A DNA stretch of 63,315 nucleotides, filler included, from Pirum gemmata (GCA_002812295.1; 23 parts of 23 records of this genome joined end to end with filler, not necessarily neighbours in it); one strand, 5' to 3'; counted from the whole stretch's first letter, positions 39,495 to 53,557 are shown. Made by a program: numbers and translations. Notes: generated by a model from the letters alone, not told the origin.

Positions 39495-40502
39495 ATGATG
39501 ATGCAATCTGTTTCTTCTTTGGCTGTTTTGGCTGTTGCTGCTTATGGAGCTTCCATTGATCAAGTCAACGAAACTCCTATTTCATTGACTTGCAATGAAT
39601 TCTGGAACAGATTTCCTGTAAGTTGCATGAATGGTGGTAGTCCAGCTTTAAATAACGATATTTGTTACAGTGAAACTGGTGATAAAGTTACTGAACAAGA
39701 TGTATGTAGTAATAAATGTTGTGTTGTTGCTACCACTACTAGTTCTGAAGCCCCAACAGAAACTCCTATTCAATTGACTTGTAATGTATTCTGGAACAGT
39801 TTTCCTGTAAGTTGCATGAATGGTGGACAACCTGCACTAAACAACAACGTTTGCTACAGTGATACTGGTGATAACGTTACAGAGCAAGATGTATGTAGCA
39901 ACAAATGTTGTGTTGTTCCTACTACAACCACTACTAGTACTGTGACCCCAACAGAAACTCCAATTGAATTAACTTGTAATGAATTTTGGAACAGATTTCC
40001 TGTAAGTTGCATGAATGGTGGTAGCCCAGCTTTAAATGACAATGTTTGTTACAGTGAAACTGGTGATAAAGTTACTGAACAAGATGTATGCAGCAACAAA
40101 TGTTGTGCTGTTCCTGCTACTACCACTACTAGTACTGAAACCCCAACAGAAACTCCTATTCAATTGACTTGTAATGTATTCTGGAATAGTTTTCCTGTTA
40201 GTTGCATGAATGGTGGACAACCTGCACTAAACAACAACGTTTGCTACAGCGATACTGGTGATAACGTTACAGAGCAAGATGTATGTAGCAACAAATGTTG
40301 TGTTGTTCCTACTACAACCACTACTAGTACTGTAACCCCAACAGAAACTCCTATTAAATTAACTTGTAATGAATTTTGGAACAGATTTCCTGTAAGTTGC
40401 ATGAATGGTGGTAGCCCAACTTTAAATGACAATGTTTGCTACAGTGAAACTGGTAATCAAGTTTCTGAACAAGACGTATGCAGCAACAAATGTTGTGCAT
40501 AA
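39495..40502 (+). CDS. Secreted 335-aa protein with five 6-Cys repeats separated by Thr/Pro-rich linkers
   Basis: Signal-peptide-like N-terminus; repeat TCNxFWNxFPVSCMNGGxPALNxxxCYSxTGDxVTEQDVCSNKCC; TATA-like GTATAAAA at ~39341; intronless. Confidence 0.92.
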   Translation: MMMQSVSSLAVLAVAAYGASIDQVNETPISLTCNEFWNRFPVSCMNGGSPALNNDICYSETGDKVTEQDVCSNKCCVVATTTSSEAPTETPIQLTCNVFWNSFPVSCMNGGQPALNNNVCYSDTGDNVTEQDVCSNKCCVVPTTTTTSTVTPTETPIELTCNEFWNRFPVSCMNGGSPALNDNVCYSETGDKVTEQDVCSNKCCAVPATTTTSTETPTETPIQLTCNVFWNSFPVSCMNGGQPALNNNVCYSDTGDNVTEQDVCSNKCCVVPTTTTTSTVTPTETPIKLTCNEFWNRFPVSCMNGGSPTLNDNVCYSETGNQVSEQDVCSNKCCA

Positions 40503-40697
40503 TGTTCATAACATATATAATCTACTGAAAATGCTTTTCCTTTATCATCAGAAAAACAGAAAAACTTATTAATAATTAAATTTATATATAATATGTATAT
40601 AATATAAATATCACTATTATTTTAATTGTGTTATAAAATAAATAATAAATAAATAAAACTAATTATAAGATCATAGTTATTATTGTTATTGTTATTA

Positions 40698-40747
<50 letters not shown>

Positions 40748-40828
40748 ATTATTCTTTTTATTTATTTATTATTCATTTTATAACACAATTTTAAAATAAT
40801 AATATTTATATTATATATTATATATAAA

Positions 40829-41370
40829 TTGACTTGTATTAATGATGAATCCTGGAACAGATTTCCTGTAAGTTGCATGAATGGTGGTAGCCCAGCTTTA
40901 AAGTACAATTAATGTTTGTTACAGTGAAACTGGTGATAAAGTTAATGAACAAGATGTATGCAGCAATAAATGTTGTGCCGTTCTTAATTAATAGTCCTGA
41001 AACCACAACAGAAACCCCTGATGTATTCTGGACCAGTTTTCCTGTAAGTTGCATGAATGGTGGTCAACCTGCACTAAACAGCAACATTTTCTACAGCGAT
41101 ACTGTCGATAATGTTATAGAACAAGATGTATGTAGCAACAAATGTTGTGTTGTTCCTACGAGTACTGAAACTCCAACAGAAACTTTTTTTCATGTAAGTT
41201 GCATGTGGTAATTCAGCTTTACATGGCAATGTTTGTTACAGTTAAACTGGTATTAATAATCAAGTTTCTGAACAAAACGTATACAGCAACAAATGCTGTG
41301 CATGGTGTTCATATATATAATCTACTGAAAATGCTTTTCCTTTATCATTAGAAAAACAGAAAAACCTAAC
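40829..41370 (+). pseudogene. Decayed tandem copy of the last three repeats plus 3' flank of the Cys-rich gene
   Basis: High identity with frameshifts; the 3' flank AATCTACTGAAAATGCTTTTCCTTTATCAT..GAAAAACAGAAAAAC is also duplicated. Confidence 0.9.
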
Positions 41371-43402
41371 TTTTTAATTATATTTGTTACATATTATATT
41401 ACTATATATAATAAATATTAATATTATTATTATTTTAATTGTGTTTAGAATAAATAATAAATAAATAAATAATTATAAAGAACAATTAAAAACTAAGATA
41501 ATATTATAGTTATTATTATTATTATTATTATTATTAATNNNNNNNNNNNNNNNNNNNNNNNNNNNNNNNNNNNNNNNNNNNNTTAATTAATTAANNNNNN
41601 NNNNNNNNNNNNNNNNNNNNNNNNNNNNNNNNNNNNNNTTGAGACTCCGCTCTAAACCAAGGAGCCACATTTACCCACATTCACCACATAATTAATATAT
41701 ATATCATATATATATATAAATATTATCAATATATTAATTTTATATATACCGGTATTATATAGAACTTATATACTATCAAGTCTATCATATACATTATATT
41801 TTAAAAAAATACATTTATTACAATAGAATTTTTTTTTTAAAAAATGTGAAAATAAAAAAGATCAGAGTGTAAAAAAAAACCAGATAGATTATTATCAGTG
41901 CTCTCTTTTTAATAGCTGATATCTTCTACTGTTTTGATACAATTTGATTGATAGCTACGATAAATTGGTATTTTAGATCTATAAAAAATTTTTAATGTAT
42001 TTTATAAATGAGAGGGTTAGGGGCTAGCACTGGGCTAGCTAGGGACCTAGCTAGGGTCAGGGTTTGGGTTAGGGTTAGGGTTAGGGTCTAGCTCTAGCTA
42101 GGGTTTAGGGTTGTCCTTTAATAGATTCAAGGGGTTTAGACTGGCTAGTTATTAGACTAGGATTAGGGATTAGTTAGGGAGCGCTATTTGGGTTAGGAAA
42201 AAAAATATTAAATTTTTTAAAAAATGATCGAGATTCGAGAGACCCTCTTTTTTTATCATGTGGAGCAATCAATAATTATTTGCAATTAATTTGCAGCAAT
42301 TTAGAATTTTAGACAAGAAAAAAAAATAATAATAATAAAGGCAAATTTAGTAAAAGTTTATTGTAAACCAATCACCAATCATTTTTCCTTAAGTTTTTAG
42401 TTATTTGAACTTTATTTGACCACTACTCAACCATGTGACAATATTCATGGGCAAATATCATAATACAGTGCACAGCTACTACTAGTAGCTAGTAGCTAGC
42501 TAGCCAGTAGTGCACAGAGGCACAGATACAGTGCACAAGTGCAGCGGCAGGTCACGTCAAGGGATAGGTAGGTAGGTGATATTTGACCGGAAATTAACGT
42601 CGAGCAGTAGGTAGTTAGGGGTATTTGAAGCTGTATTTGACAGGAAATTGGCGTTACGTAGTATTTGAACGCTGCCTTACTCTTACAGTGCCCAGCTGTA
42701 GTAGACCTGGCTGGGGCAAGTCTATAAATAATTATTTGATCAAGATTTTTTTTTTTTTAACAGCAAAGTTGGATCTAAATTAGCCAAATTATTTGTAAAA
42801 TCTAGCTAGTCATTGGTTCATAATAGAATTATTTTCATAGTTAGACAATTTCTCAAATTTGGGTTGGAGCATCATTTTGAGATTTTTTCCTGCTTGGCTG
42901 TTAAAAAAAATAATTTACATTTTATTATTAAATGGAATCTTTGATTTATAAATAACAAGGACTTTCTTGAAGGTCCTTGATTAATAGTGATTATCATTAT
43001 GATATCGATAATAATAATAATATAATGATTATTATTCAAGGATTATTATTTATATTTATAAATTTTAATATAATAAAATTAAAAAAATAAAACTGTAGAA
43101 ATCATTTTTTTTATACTTCTATACTAAAAATCTTTAAAAAATTATAAGTAGCCTAATTATTTTTGAAAACTAACTATTAATATTGGTTCATATATAATAG
43201 AGATTTCTTAGTTAAACGATTTCTCAAAATTTGGTAGTACATTTATTGAAATTGGTTTATTTATTAGTTGTTTATTAAATTTTTATGATTTTTTGGATTT
43301 TGAGCATTTTTTTATCATTTTGAGCATTTTTTTATCTGGCTTGGTGGTAGACCTCAGTTCTATGGTAGACCTCTATGAGTCTCCTGACTCTCCTCTATGA
43401 TT

Positions 43403-43464
<62 letters not shown>

Positions 43465-44236
43465 AAAATCATAACTATCAAAATGATATGAGCTACTAGC
43501 TAGTAGACTATGCTAGACTAATCCCCCCTAGACTACCATATGAGCTCAAAAACCCAAAAAATCTCAAAAAAATACAATTTTAATGAAAGTACTACCAACA
43601 TTTGAGAAATTACCTAACTAATAAAACTCTATTATGAACCAATTGCCAGTTATTTAAAATAATTTGGCTAGTTAGCATTTTAATTAAAGGTTTTTAGAAA
43701 AGAAGCCTAAAAAAAGTTGATTTCCAGTTTTATCCGGCTGGGCTAAGATAAAAAATATATCGATATCAAAAACTATGCTCCTGATTTTTCACTGTGTTTT
43801 ATTCTAAAGTACGATCACCCTAACCCTAACCCTAACCCTAACCCTAACCCTAACTAGCTAACCCTAACCCTAACCATAACCCTAACCATAAGCCTAACCC
43901 TAACCCTAACCCTAACCCTTAGACTAAATTAAAGAGAAAGTTGCCTAGCTAGCTAGCTACTATTCCAGACCAAGGTGATAATATAGACTATGTAAGGACC
44001 TCTATGTATATCAGACTAGCTATCATATCATACTAGCTATCGATAGTAGTACCGTATTACATCACGGTGAAGTGATGTGAGAGCGGAAACCACGTGATTT
44101 TACCNNNNNNNNNNNNNNNNNNNNNNNNNNNNNNNNNNNNNNNNNNNNNNNNNAATAAAAATAAAAATAAAAATAAAAATAGAAATATAAATAAAAATAA
44201 TAATAATAATAACCCTGACCCTTAAATAACCATTAC

Positions 44237-44499
44237 CATATAAGAGGAATCATGGATGAAGAATCAAAAGCACCAGTCAATAAGCCATTAACCAAACCCA
44301 TACGTTTTGGAAAAATGTTGATCATATCAATATGTGCCAAAAACATAAACAAACCACCCAAAGCAATAAATGCAAACGCAGGTGTGTAGGCGTCAAAAGT
44401 TTCTGAAGAATAAGCAAATAACAACAACCCACTTGTTTCGAATAATGTTCCCACTAAACTAGTCATTCGAGGTCCAGAAAAGTCTAAGAAAACACCAAC
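44237..44499 (-). CDS. Internal exon of an MFS transporter, SLC43 (LAT3/4)/Fmp42-like
   Basis: VGVFLDFSGPR (MFS motif A) and LVNGLLTGAFDSSS; aatag acceptor and gtaatg donor. Confidence 0.8.
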
Positions 44500-45188
44500 C
44501 TATTCTCATTATTATTATTAATTATTATTATAATTATTACTAATTATTAATAAAATTATTTTTAGTATTATTATTTATGTTATTCATATTGTTAATTGGT
44601 GGTATTGTTATTGTTATTATATATTATATATTACATATTATCATTATTTTTTATTAAATAGTTTTATATATTACTATTATTATTATTATTATTANNNNNN
44701 NNNNNNNNNNNNNNNNNNNNNNNNNNNNNNNNNNNNNNTTAATTAATTAANNNNNNNNNNNNNNNNNNNNNNNNNNNNNNNNNNNNNNNNNNNNTAATAA
44801 TAATAATAATATTGATATTTTTTTAAAAAATTATACACAACAACAACAACATATTGGAGTATATTAGGAGAAATAAAATTACTGGAGTATTACTGGGCAT
44901 TTTTGAGAAATAAAAGCCAATTCTACACATTGGCACTACCATATTTGGCAGAATTGGCTTCAAAAACTGAAAAAACTCAAATTTAATTTTAATTAGATCC
45001 TAACCAATGGTTGAATTGTAGTAACCCTAACCCTCTAACCCTAACCCTAACCCTAACCCTAACCCTAACCCTAACCCTAACCCTAACCCTAACCCTAACC
45101 CTAACCCTAACCCTAACCCTAACCCTAACCCTANNNNNNNNNNNNNNNNNNNNNNNNNNNNNNNNNNNNNNNNNNNNNNNNNNNNNNN

Positions 45189-45300
<112 letters not shown>

Positions 45301-47739
45301 CCAGTGTGGCAAGCAGTTTAGTGTTCTCTCTCTAGCTTATATGCGTGTGTAATAGTGTATACTTGTAACTTCCAAGGAAGACAATGGAAGTTGATTGAAA
45401 ATTGGAATCACTTTGGAATCATTTTGGAAGAATAGACTACTAGCTAGTAGTAGATTAGAGAGAGACTACTACTATAGATGATAGCACACATATACACACA
45501 CACACAATTGGTTAAAAACTTTGTTTCCCAAAACTAGTACAATATAATATTAATTTTAGTAATTTGATATTTGAAAGACACTAATATTCTTTCAATAATT
45601 ATAAAGAATTTGAAAATTCGAAAATATAATTTTACTAAACAGAGAGCTATAAATAGTATAATAAAAGTAAATACAACTAATGTGTAAGCTTTCTAATAGA
45701 ATAAAAAATAAAAATTAATTAAACAACTGTATTAGTTTGATTTAATAACAATTCATGCATTATAATGTATATTATACAGTATAATATACCTATATAACTA
45801 TGATAACTTTCTATTAAAATTCAGTCTCTACATGTTGTACAGTTGTGTATATTTCTACATTGATCGTGTTTTTCAGTTATTTTGCAATAATATTAATAAG
45901 TGCTAAATTGTAATTAGTACTATACGAATCTATTTGCTACATTTTAATTAATATTGTATGTTTATATTAATATTTGTTTTTTAATTTAAAATAACCACTT
46001 TTGTATTATAATAAGTTTGAAAGCACCAAATAAATAATCAAAGTGACAAAATAAATGAAAAGCAGGATAATATTTTAATTTACAATTATTATTATATTAT
46101 ATGGCTTTTAATTAACAGGGTTTACTTAAGGTTGTATTATTAGTATTAGCATTATTAACATATTACTATGACCATTTTTTAAAAAATAAATTTTAATTAA
46201 TTAAAAAATAAAATAAAATAACTTGGAATACTTTTGGATCATATTATTATCATGTGGCTATTATTTTTGTCTTAGGTCTGAAGATTAGTTGTATTCGCTT
46301 TAGATCTTTTATGATACAACGACAGATAACCCGAGATAACCCGAGCCCCTACTATTTAAAAATTATATATACATAAAAATAATTTTTAAAATTATAATAA
46401 TGATACTAGACTATCCCTGGACAGTCCTGGACCCTAGCTAGGGCTAGCTAGGGCGACATGAAGATTTGAGCTCAAAAATCCAAAAAAACCTCAAAGTGAT
46501 CCAATTTTAAAATATAAGTACTACCAAAATTTAAGAAATTTTCTAACTGAGAAAACTCTATTATGAACCAATGGCCAGATTTTAAAAATAATTTGGTTAA
46601 TTAGCATTGTTTTTTTAAAAGGTTTTTAGGTTTTTAGAAAATGATTTCTACAGTTTTTTATATCTGATGATATAAAAAAAAAGCAACGATAGACTACCGT
46701 CGATGACATCGATGATTCGATGTGGCCGTGAAAATGTGCAATAAACCAATCTTATACTATTATTTGCATCAGATTCCCATATAATAGCTTATATGTTTTT
46801 TTTTTTTTGTCATTTTACAAATACAAATACAAATCCAAGTAAAAATAAAAATATAAAAAAAAAAAATACAAATACAAGTAAAAATACAAATAAAAAAAAA
46901 AAAAAAACCTTTTTGATTGTATTTTTGTTTATTTGATTCATTCTTTATTTAGGAAGTGTTAGAAGACCCAAGTAGTCCCATGTTCCCCCAAGTTATTTTA
47001 TATATACTATTACCTGAGTGAAGTAACGTTAGCAGCAAACCAGGAGCAGTAGTAGACTAGAGTAGTAATAGTAGCCTAGTCGTAACCATTAATATTGACC
47101 AGGTAGTGGTAGTAAATGTAGTAGTTGTTAATTAATTAATAGTATATTAATATTATACGTATACGTAATAGTAGTTAATAATAATAATAATAACAGTGAT
47201 AGTATTAGTATTAGTATTAATAATAGTAGTAGTAGTAGTAGTAGTAGTATTAATAGTAGTAGTAGTAGTAGTAGTAGTATTAATAGNNNNNNNNNNNNNN
47301 NNNNNNNNNNNNNNNNNNNNNNNNNNNNNNTTAATTAATTAANNNNNNNNNNNNNNNNNNNNNNNNNNNNNNNNNNNNNNNNNNNNTTATTTTATTATTT
47401 ATTATTTTATTATTTATTATTTATTATTACCATTATCAGCAATGAATAGTTGCCACGGTTCCACATGTACCAGAATATGCCTAATACAATGAATAATATC
47501 AATACTACTATTATGAGCCACTACTATAAACCCATGTACTAGCATATCTTTAACATACTCTTTAGGAAAACTTTGCTCAAAAGAATGTTCTATATTTTAC
47601 CAAAATAAAAAAATAAGAAACAAGAGTCAATATTAATTTAAAAAAATGATTAGCAATAACAGAATTCTCTAACCCTAACCCTAACCCTAAAACATTAAAA
47701 GCCTAACTATAATCTTAATCTTAATTTAAATTTTATTAC

Positions 47740-48221
47740 CTTCACTGTGTGAGCTATAATTGTTCGTTGTTGGGCTTCTCATTAAACTACTAGTAATATC
47801 CATTCCTTCATTATTATCAATATCATTATCAATATCATTCTCATTCTCATTGTCATTAATGTTATTATCTTCTCTATTATTACTATCATCGATAATATCA
47901 CCATCATTATTATAAAGGGCAGTATCATAATCCAGTACATTATTCAAACTATTACGATTGTCGGTTGAGTCAACATTATTACCCTCTTCGACTATTTGGA
48001 CGGAAGTTTCTTGTTGTTGTTCAGAGTCCAGAAAGTAAGAGGCAGCTTTAGATTTCATGTTGGTTTTAGGCCATAGTTTAAAAGTAAATGTAAAAATAAA
48101 CATGGGAATAATGATATCCATTGCACCAAAACCATACATTATTAAAAACGTAATACTCTCAGGACGATTATTTTCTTGCCAACTCCAATACCAACACAAA
48201 TACCATAAATATTCAAAATAT
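47740..48221 (-). CDS. Exon of a membrane protein: last TM helix/helices and an acidic N/D-rich tail; further small exons likely at 47559-47589 and ~47436-47480
   Basis: tatag acceptor, YFEYLWYLCWYWSW...AMDIIIPMFIFTFTF, g|gtaata donor; downstream exons are phase compatible. Confidence 0.65.
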
Positions 48222-48348
48222 CTATATTTAATAATTAATATTAATTAACCAATATATAATAATAATAATAATACTAATATTAATGATCATGATTATGATA
48301 TAAATAATATAAATAATGATAATGATAATGATAATGATAATGATAATG

Positions 48349-48380
<32 letters not shown>

Positions 48381-48392
48381 TGTGAAAACACG

Positions 48393-48849
48393 ATGAGAGT
48401 AAAAGAAAAAAAGAGTAAAAAGAAGAAAAAACATAAAAAAGATAAAAAAGATAGTATTGATGCTGATTGTTATATTGAAAATAAAAACAATGATGATAAT
48501 GATAATGATAATGATAAGGATAATGATAAGGATAATGATAATGATAATGATAAGGATAATGATAATGATAATAATGATAATGGTAATGATAATGATAATG
48601 ATACGAACAAGGAAATAAGTAACAACAATTATGATGATAATAACAAACATGAACAAAGTTTGGTAAGGAAGCGAAGAAGTGGTGATGCATTTGGTTCAGC
48701 AAAGGTGGATATTGTGTTTTTGTTTATTTGTTTTGTTTGTTTTGTTTGTTTTGTTTTTGTTTTATAATTGGTTTGTTTGTTTTTTGTTTAATGTGATTTT
48801 TTTTGATTTCATATTTTGTATTTTATTTTCATGCGTGATGGTGGTGAAG

Positions 48850-48920
<71 letters not shown>

Positions 48921-49125
48921 TACTTCTTATTTAAATATATATCATTTTTGAATTTCAACATTTATTTTTACAGCAATCCAAACATAAAAGAGTGAAAACG
49001 GACAGATTGTTAACTGAACCAAAGGACAATGATTGTGATTTAAGTCCACGACAACAAAGACAGAAGCTACAACAACAGTTACAACAACAACAACAACAAC
49101 AACAACAACAGCAACAACAACAACC

Positions 49126-49165
<40 letters not shown>

Positions 49166-49727
49166 TTATTAAACAAAAACGAAGAAAATAAACTATTAAA
49201 AATGAAAAAGAAACAACAAGAAAACATTAGAAAACAAAAAGAAAAATTACTACAAGCTAAACAAGCTAAGCATTTACATCGTAGAAACGAAGTAGCCCTT
49301 AGAGAAAGTAAAAAAAGACAACAAGCATATGAAAAAAACCAACGAGTATTACTAATATTACTTGATAAATTAACTAAACTTACTGAACAAAAACTTGAAA
49401 TCGATCAAACTATAACCGAAACAAACTCACAACTAACCCAATATCAAACTGAATTACAAAACCTTGACCAAGTTCTTTTTGAACTAAAGACCAAACACAA
49501 ACAAGAACAAAGTAAATTAGATATAGCCTTAAATAAAACAGTTTCACAATTGAAAGATTCACAACAAAAAGCGCAATTAGAGTTGAAAGAACAACAAAAG
49601 AAGCAATTGAAAACTTCATCTAAGGATCAAGTTTTGTTTATTAACTGCAAAAACTGTAAAGTTGAGGTTGATATGAGCGAAACTGGAATGACTGGTGGCC
49701 CGCACGTTGCAAAATTTATTTGTTTTG
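48393..49727 (+). CDS. Two exons (48393-48704; 48974-49727) of a basic/Gln-rich coiled-coil protein running into a CxxC...C motif (possible zinc finger)
   Basis: aag|gtggat ... ttttacag|caa is a phase-0 intron joining both listed ORFs in frame; g|gtaata donor at 49728. Confidence 0.75.
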
Positions 49728-50622
49728 GTAATAATTTGTTAATACAAAGGGGAATAATAATAATAAGAATATGATAATATGATAATATGATAATAATAAT
49801 AANNNNNNNNNNNNNNNNNNNNNNNNNNNNNNNNNNNNNNNNNNNNNNNNNNNNNNNNNNNNNNNNNNNNNNNNNNNNNNNTATTATTATTATTATTATT
49901 ATTATTATAAGCTTTACTGTAAATTAAGAAAAAGCTATAAAAATAGTAAGTTTTATCTTGCTTATTTTTATTATTATAATTTGCATTATCATTGTTATTA
50001 TCGTTTTCATTATTATTATCGTTATCATTATTATTATCGTTATCATTATTATTAGCATTAATATTGTTATTATCGTTAGCATTCTCTAATTCCCATTACC
50101 ATTATCATTATCATTATCATTCTCTATATCTTTATCTTTATCATTGTAATTGTCATTATCATTATCATTATCGTAACAATTTTTGTTGTTATTATTGTTA
50201 ATATTATTATTATTTTCTATTATCATATATATCATTTCTATTTTTAATATATCAATGCTAATAAACTATAATACTATGGCAATAGGTATGTGTTGTATTA
50301 TATTTTCTCACTCTAACTACTAGTTATATCATTATCATTATCATTATCGTTATCGTTATCATTAGTATAAGCATCATCATCATCATTATCATTAGCATTA
50401 TCATTAGCATTAGCATTATAATTATCATTATCATTATAATTATCATGATTATAACCATTTTCGTTATTATTATTATTGACATATATACTAGAATAGTATT
50501 ATTATTATTATTATTATTATTANNNNNNNNNNNNNNNNNNNNNNNNNNNNNNNNNNNNNNNNNNNNTTAATTAATTAANNNNNNNNNNNNNNNNNNNNNN
50601 NNNNNNNNNNNNNNNNNNNNNN

Positions 50623-51470
50623 TAATTCTTTCAACATGGATTCTTACAGACGCTATTCTCACTGTTAGTTTGTGGTTCTTACTATTCATTTGAACCCCTT
50701 TTTGAAGCATAGGTGGCATCTGATAATCAACACCAGCACCCATTAAATCGGCAATTTCAAAGCCCTTAACTAAACTGCCTTCCCATAATTTGCCAAACAA
50801 CTCCTTTTCATAAAGTTTAGTTATGTCTCTATCACTTATTCCTCCAGGATGGCAATCTGAAATAAAAGTTACATGTCCAGTAGAAGCTTAAGAGATTCCA
50901 AAAAGAATTTTCACAGTATTGTGATGTTTATATTCAGACCAAGTTGCACTTTGAAGCTCTCTTGAAGATGTTGTGTTTATGAAAAGTTCAGTAGCATCAA
51001 TTATTAAAACTATGTTAGGATATTTTTCTTTAATAAGCATTTTAATATACCTCTATCGATGAAATTTTGGTTCAATATACTATCTGGTTTAAAAGAAGGA
51101 TGTTCAAAAAATGAATTAACAAACTTGTTGTATTTTTAAATATTATAGAAGCCTCGTGCTCTTTTATTTGAAATAAAAAAGCTAGGTGATAGTAAAACCA
51201 GTTATGCCTTAGTTTCATTAAAGTAAGAAGTAACCCATTTTCAAACGTCATTTTTTTTGAAAGAACTTTTCCCCAACTCATATCAATANCTTCTTGGGCT
51301 TGTTTTACACGCTCTTCCATTTCTTTAACCTTTTCTTTTAATTCGTCATTTTCTTGCTTTACTTCAGCTAGCTTTTCCTTTAATACTTCATTTCCTCTTC
51401 ATTTTTAGGTATACGTTTTACTTTAGTATTTACCTTAGTACAATTGCATTTGACACCTAACATGACTAAC
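50623..51470 (-). pseudogene. Inactivated ISL2EU/PIF-Harbinger (DDE_Tnp_4-type) transposase
   Basis: LLTLMKLR (HTH), IIDATELF, QSATWSEYKHHNTVKIL, GGISD, KGF, RIASVRIHVERI; in-frame TAA, frameshifts, and the usual MAD before KGF is missing. Confidence 0.9.
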
Positions 51471-52161
51471 CATATTATTATTCTTATTATTATTATAATT
51501 ATTATTATTATTATTATTATTATTATAAAAATAAACAAAATAACTGAACAAAATAAAATAAAAATAAAATAAATAATAATAATAATAATAATAAAATAAA
51601 ACATTATCAAAAACAATGGTTTTATGATAAAATCAACACACACACAAACTACTCACAAACTGTACAACACAAACAAAAAAAAAAGATTAAAAAAAAAAAA
51701 TAATCTCGGAGGGGCCACGAGTGTGACTAGACTATGTACCAATTAATTTATATATTGGTATTTTTTAGCATAATTACTTTATTAGTATATACTTTTAAAT
51801 ACTATTTTGGTCATATATATCTTTATAAAATTGCAAAAAAAAACAGGCCTGGTAAAAATGAAAAAAAAAAAGTTTTCTAGAAAACATATATTTTTTAAAA
51901 AAACATAATAGTCTAATATTATGATAAAATAATAATATTATGATAAACCACTTTCCTAGCTAGCTAGTAGCTAGCTAGTAGCAGGGTTTGAGTATACTCG
52001 CCGGAATACGTATCACTGATATTTATTTAATACAAGGCTTTCGTAGTGCTTTCGTATATAGATTCACGGAGACACTACTAGTAGTTAGTCTACTATACTA
52101 CTACAGTACTACTACAGGAGGGATGACATGACGTCATAATACTAATACCAACCTAGGGTAT

Positions 52162-52815
52162 GGCAAAAATTGAAAATTTGACTTAAATTACTATAAAAAG
52201 TTAACTTATAACTATTAATAGTAATATTTAATATAGTAATACTATTTTAAGGATATAAATATCTATTTTAAGTAATAATTTTTTGCCATCTCAATTCCTT
52301 TTGTAACTACTACTACTATCAGCTACTATTATACTATCTATATGATACTATCGATAGCTATCGATATCGATATCTATAGTGCTTTTCATTTGGTTGTTTA
52401 TAATATTTAAATTGATACTTTTAAATAAACATATAATAAAATGTCCAAATTAAATGAAATGGATTTATATTGTATCGTAGTGGTTATCCCCAGGTTTAAC
52501 AGATGACAAAACAACTGAAAAGCACTGAAAAGCACCAGTGAAAAGCACTATATCTAGCTAATATAGCGCTAATATGATAGTAGTAGACCGGGTCTATGAA
52601 GGAGGGATGACATAGTGATGACATCCCCTTCTTAGACATCCCCTTTGGCAGAAATTTGGAGATATGTTACAAAAGGAATTGAGATGGCAAAAAATTCTTA
52701 CTTAAAAAATAAATATTTATACCCTTAAAATAGTAGTTTACTATATTAAGTATTACTATTAATAGTTATAAGTTAACTTTTTATAGTAATTTAAGTCAAA
52801 TTTTCAATTTTTGCC
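52162..52815. repeat. ~150-bp inverted repeat pair (52162-52307 / 52666-52815) enclosing a family-A MITE
   Basis: GGCAAAAATTGAAAATTTGACTTAAATTAC...TTGCCATCTCAATTCCTTTTGTAAC and its reverse complement. Confidence 0.9.
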
Positions 52816-53226
52816 GCTGTCTATGAGTAGTATGACTGTAGTATGATAGTTATGATAGTAGCTAAAAGTAGCTAAAGCTAGCTAGCTAACGTCACATTCA
52901 TATAAAAAGACCTATAATTCCTATAATACACTTATAATACATGGTATGTTCCATTAGTGTTCCAGTAGTGTTCCAGTCTTTCCACTGTTTCCAGTCTTCC
53001 ATCTACTACTATTTATTACCAGTAAAAATTGGTGTAGAGCAATTGTAGAGCGTAATGTGCTACGTGCACTTGTGCAGACGCACATTTTTAATTTTTATAT
53101 TAATTTATTTTTATATTTATTTATTTNNNNNNNNNNNNNNNNNNNNNNNNNNNNNNNNNNNNNNNNNNNNTTAATTAATTAANNNNNNNNNNNNNNNNNN
53201 NNNNNNNNNNNNNNNNNNNNNNNNNN

Positions 53227-53458
53227 AACAAATTGAAAGGGTGCTAGACCCGGCCATTGCCGGGGGGGCACTCCGAGACCCTGACCAGGCCACCACCTGG
53301 CAGAGTAACAAATCACGTATAAATAAAAAAAAAAAAATTATAAAATAATAATAATAATAAATAAAACAAAATTAAAAAGCTAAAACCAAAACTACATTTA
53401 ATTAAATCACAAACTACGCAAGAAAACACACACAAAACACAACACGTTATCAGCACCA
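53227..53458 (+). mobile_element. Putative copia 5' LTR end (...AACA) plus half-tRNA-Ile PBS CGTTATCAGCACCA (53445-53458)
   Basis: CA terminus abuts a 14-nt match to the tRNA-Ile anticodon arm; TATA-like GTATAAATA upstream; A/C-rich strand follows. Confidence 0.6.
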
Positions 53459-53514
53459 TAATCACCAAACAACAACACAAATACACTCATTCAATCATAT
53501 AAACAAACAAACAA

Positions 53515-53557
<43 letters not shown>

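Noticed and set aside
45023..45133. True chromosome ends at TTAGGG/CCCTAA arrays
   Set aside because: Arrays are short, often internal or in the wrong orientation for a terminus; contigs simply break at repeats.
50888..50890. Stop-codon reassignment (alternative genetic code)
   Set aside because: In-frame stops occur only in frameshifted TE relics; intact genes are stop-free and end in TAA or TAG.
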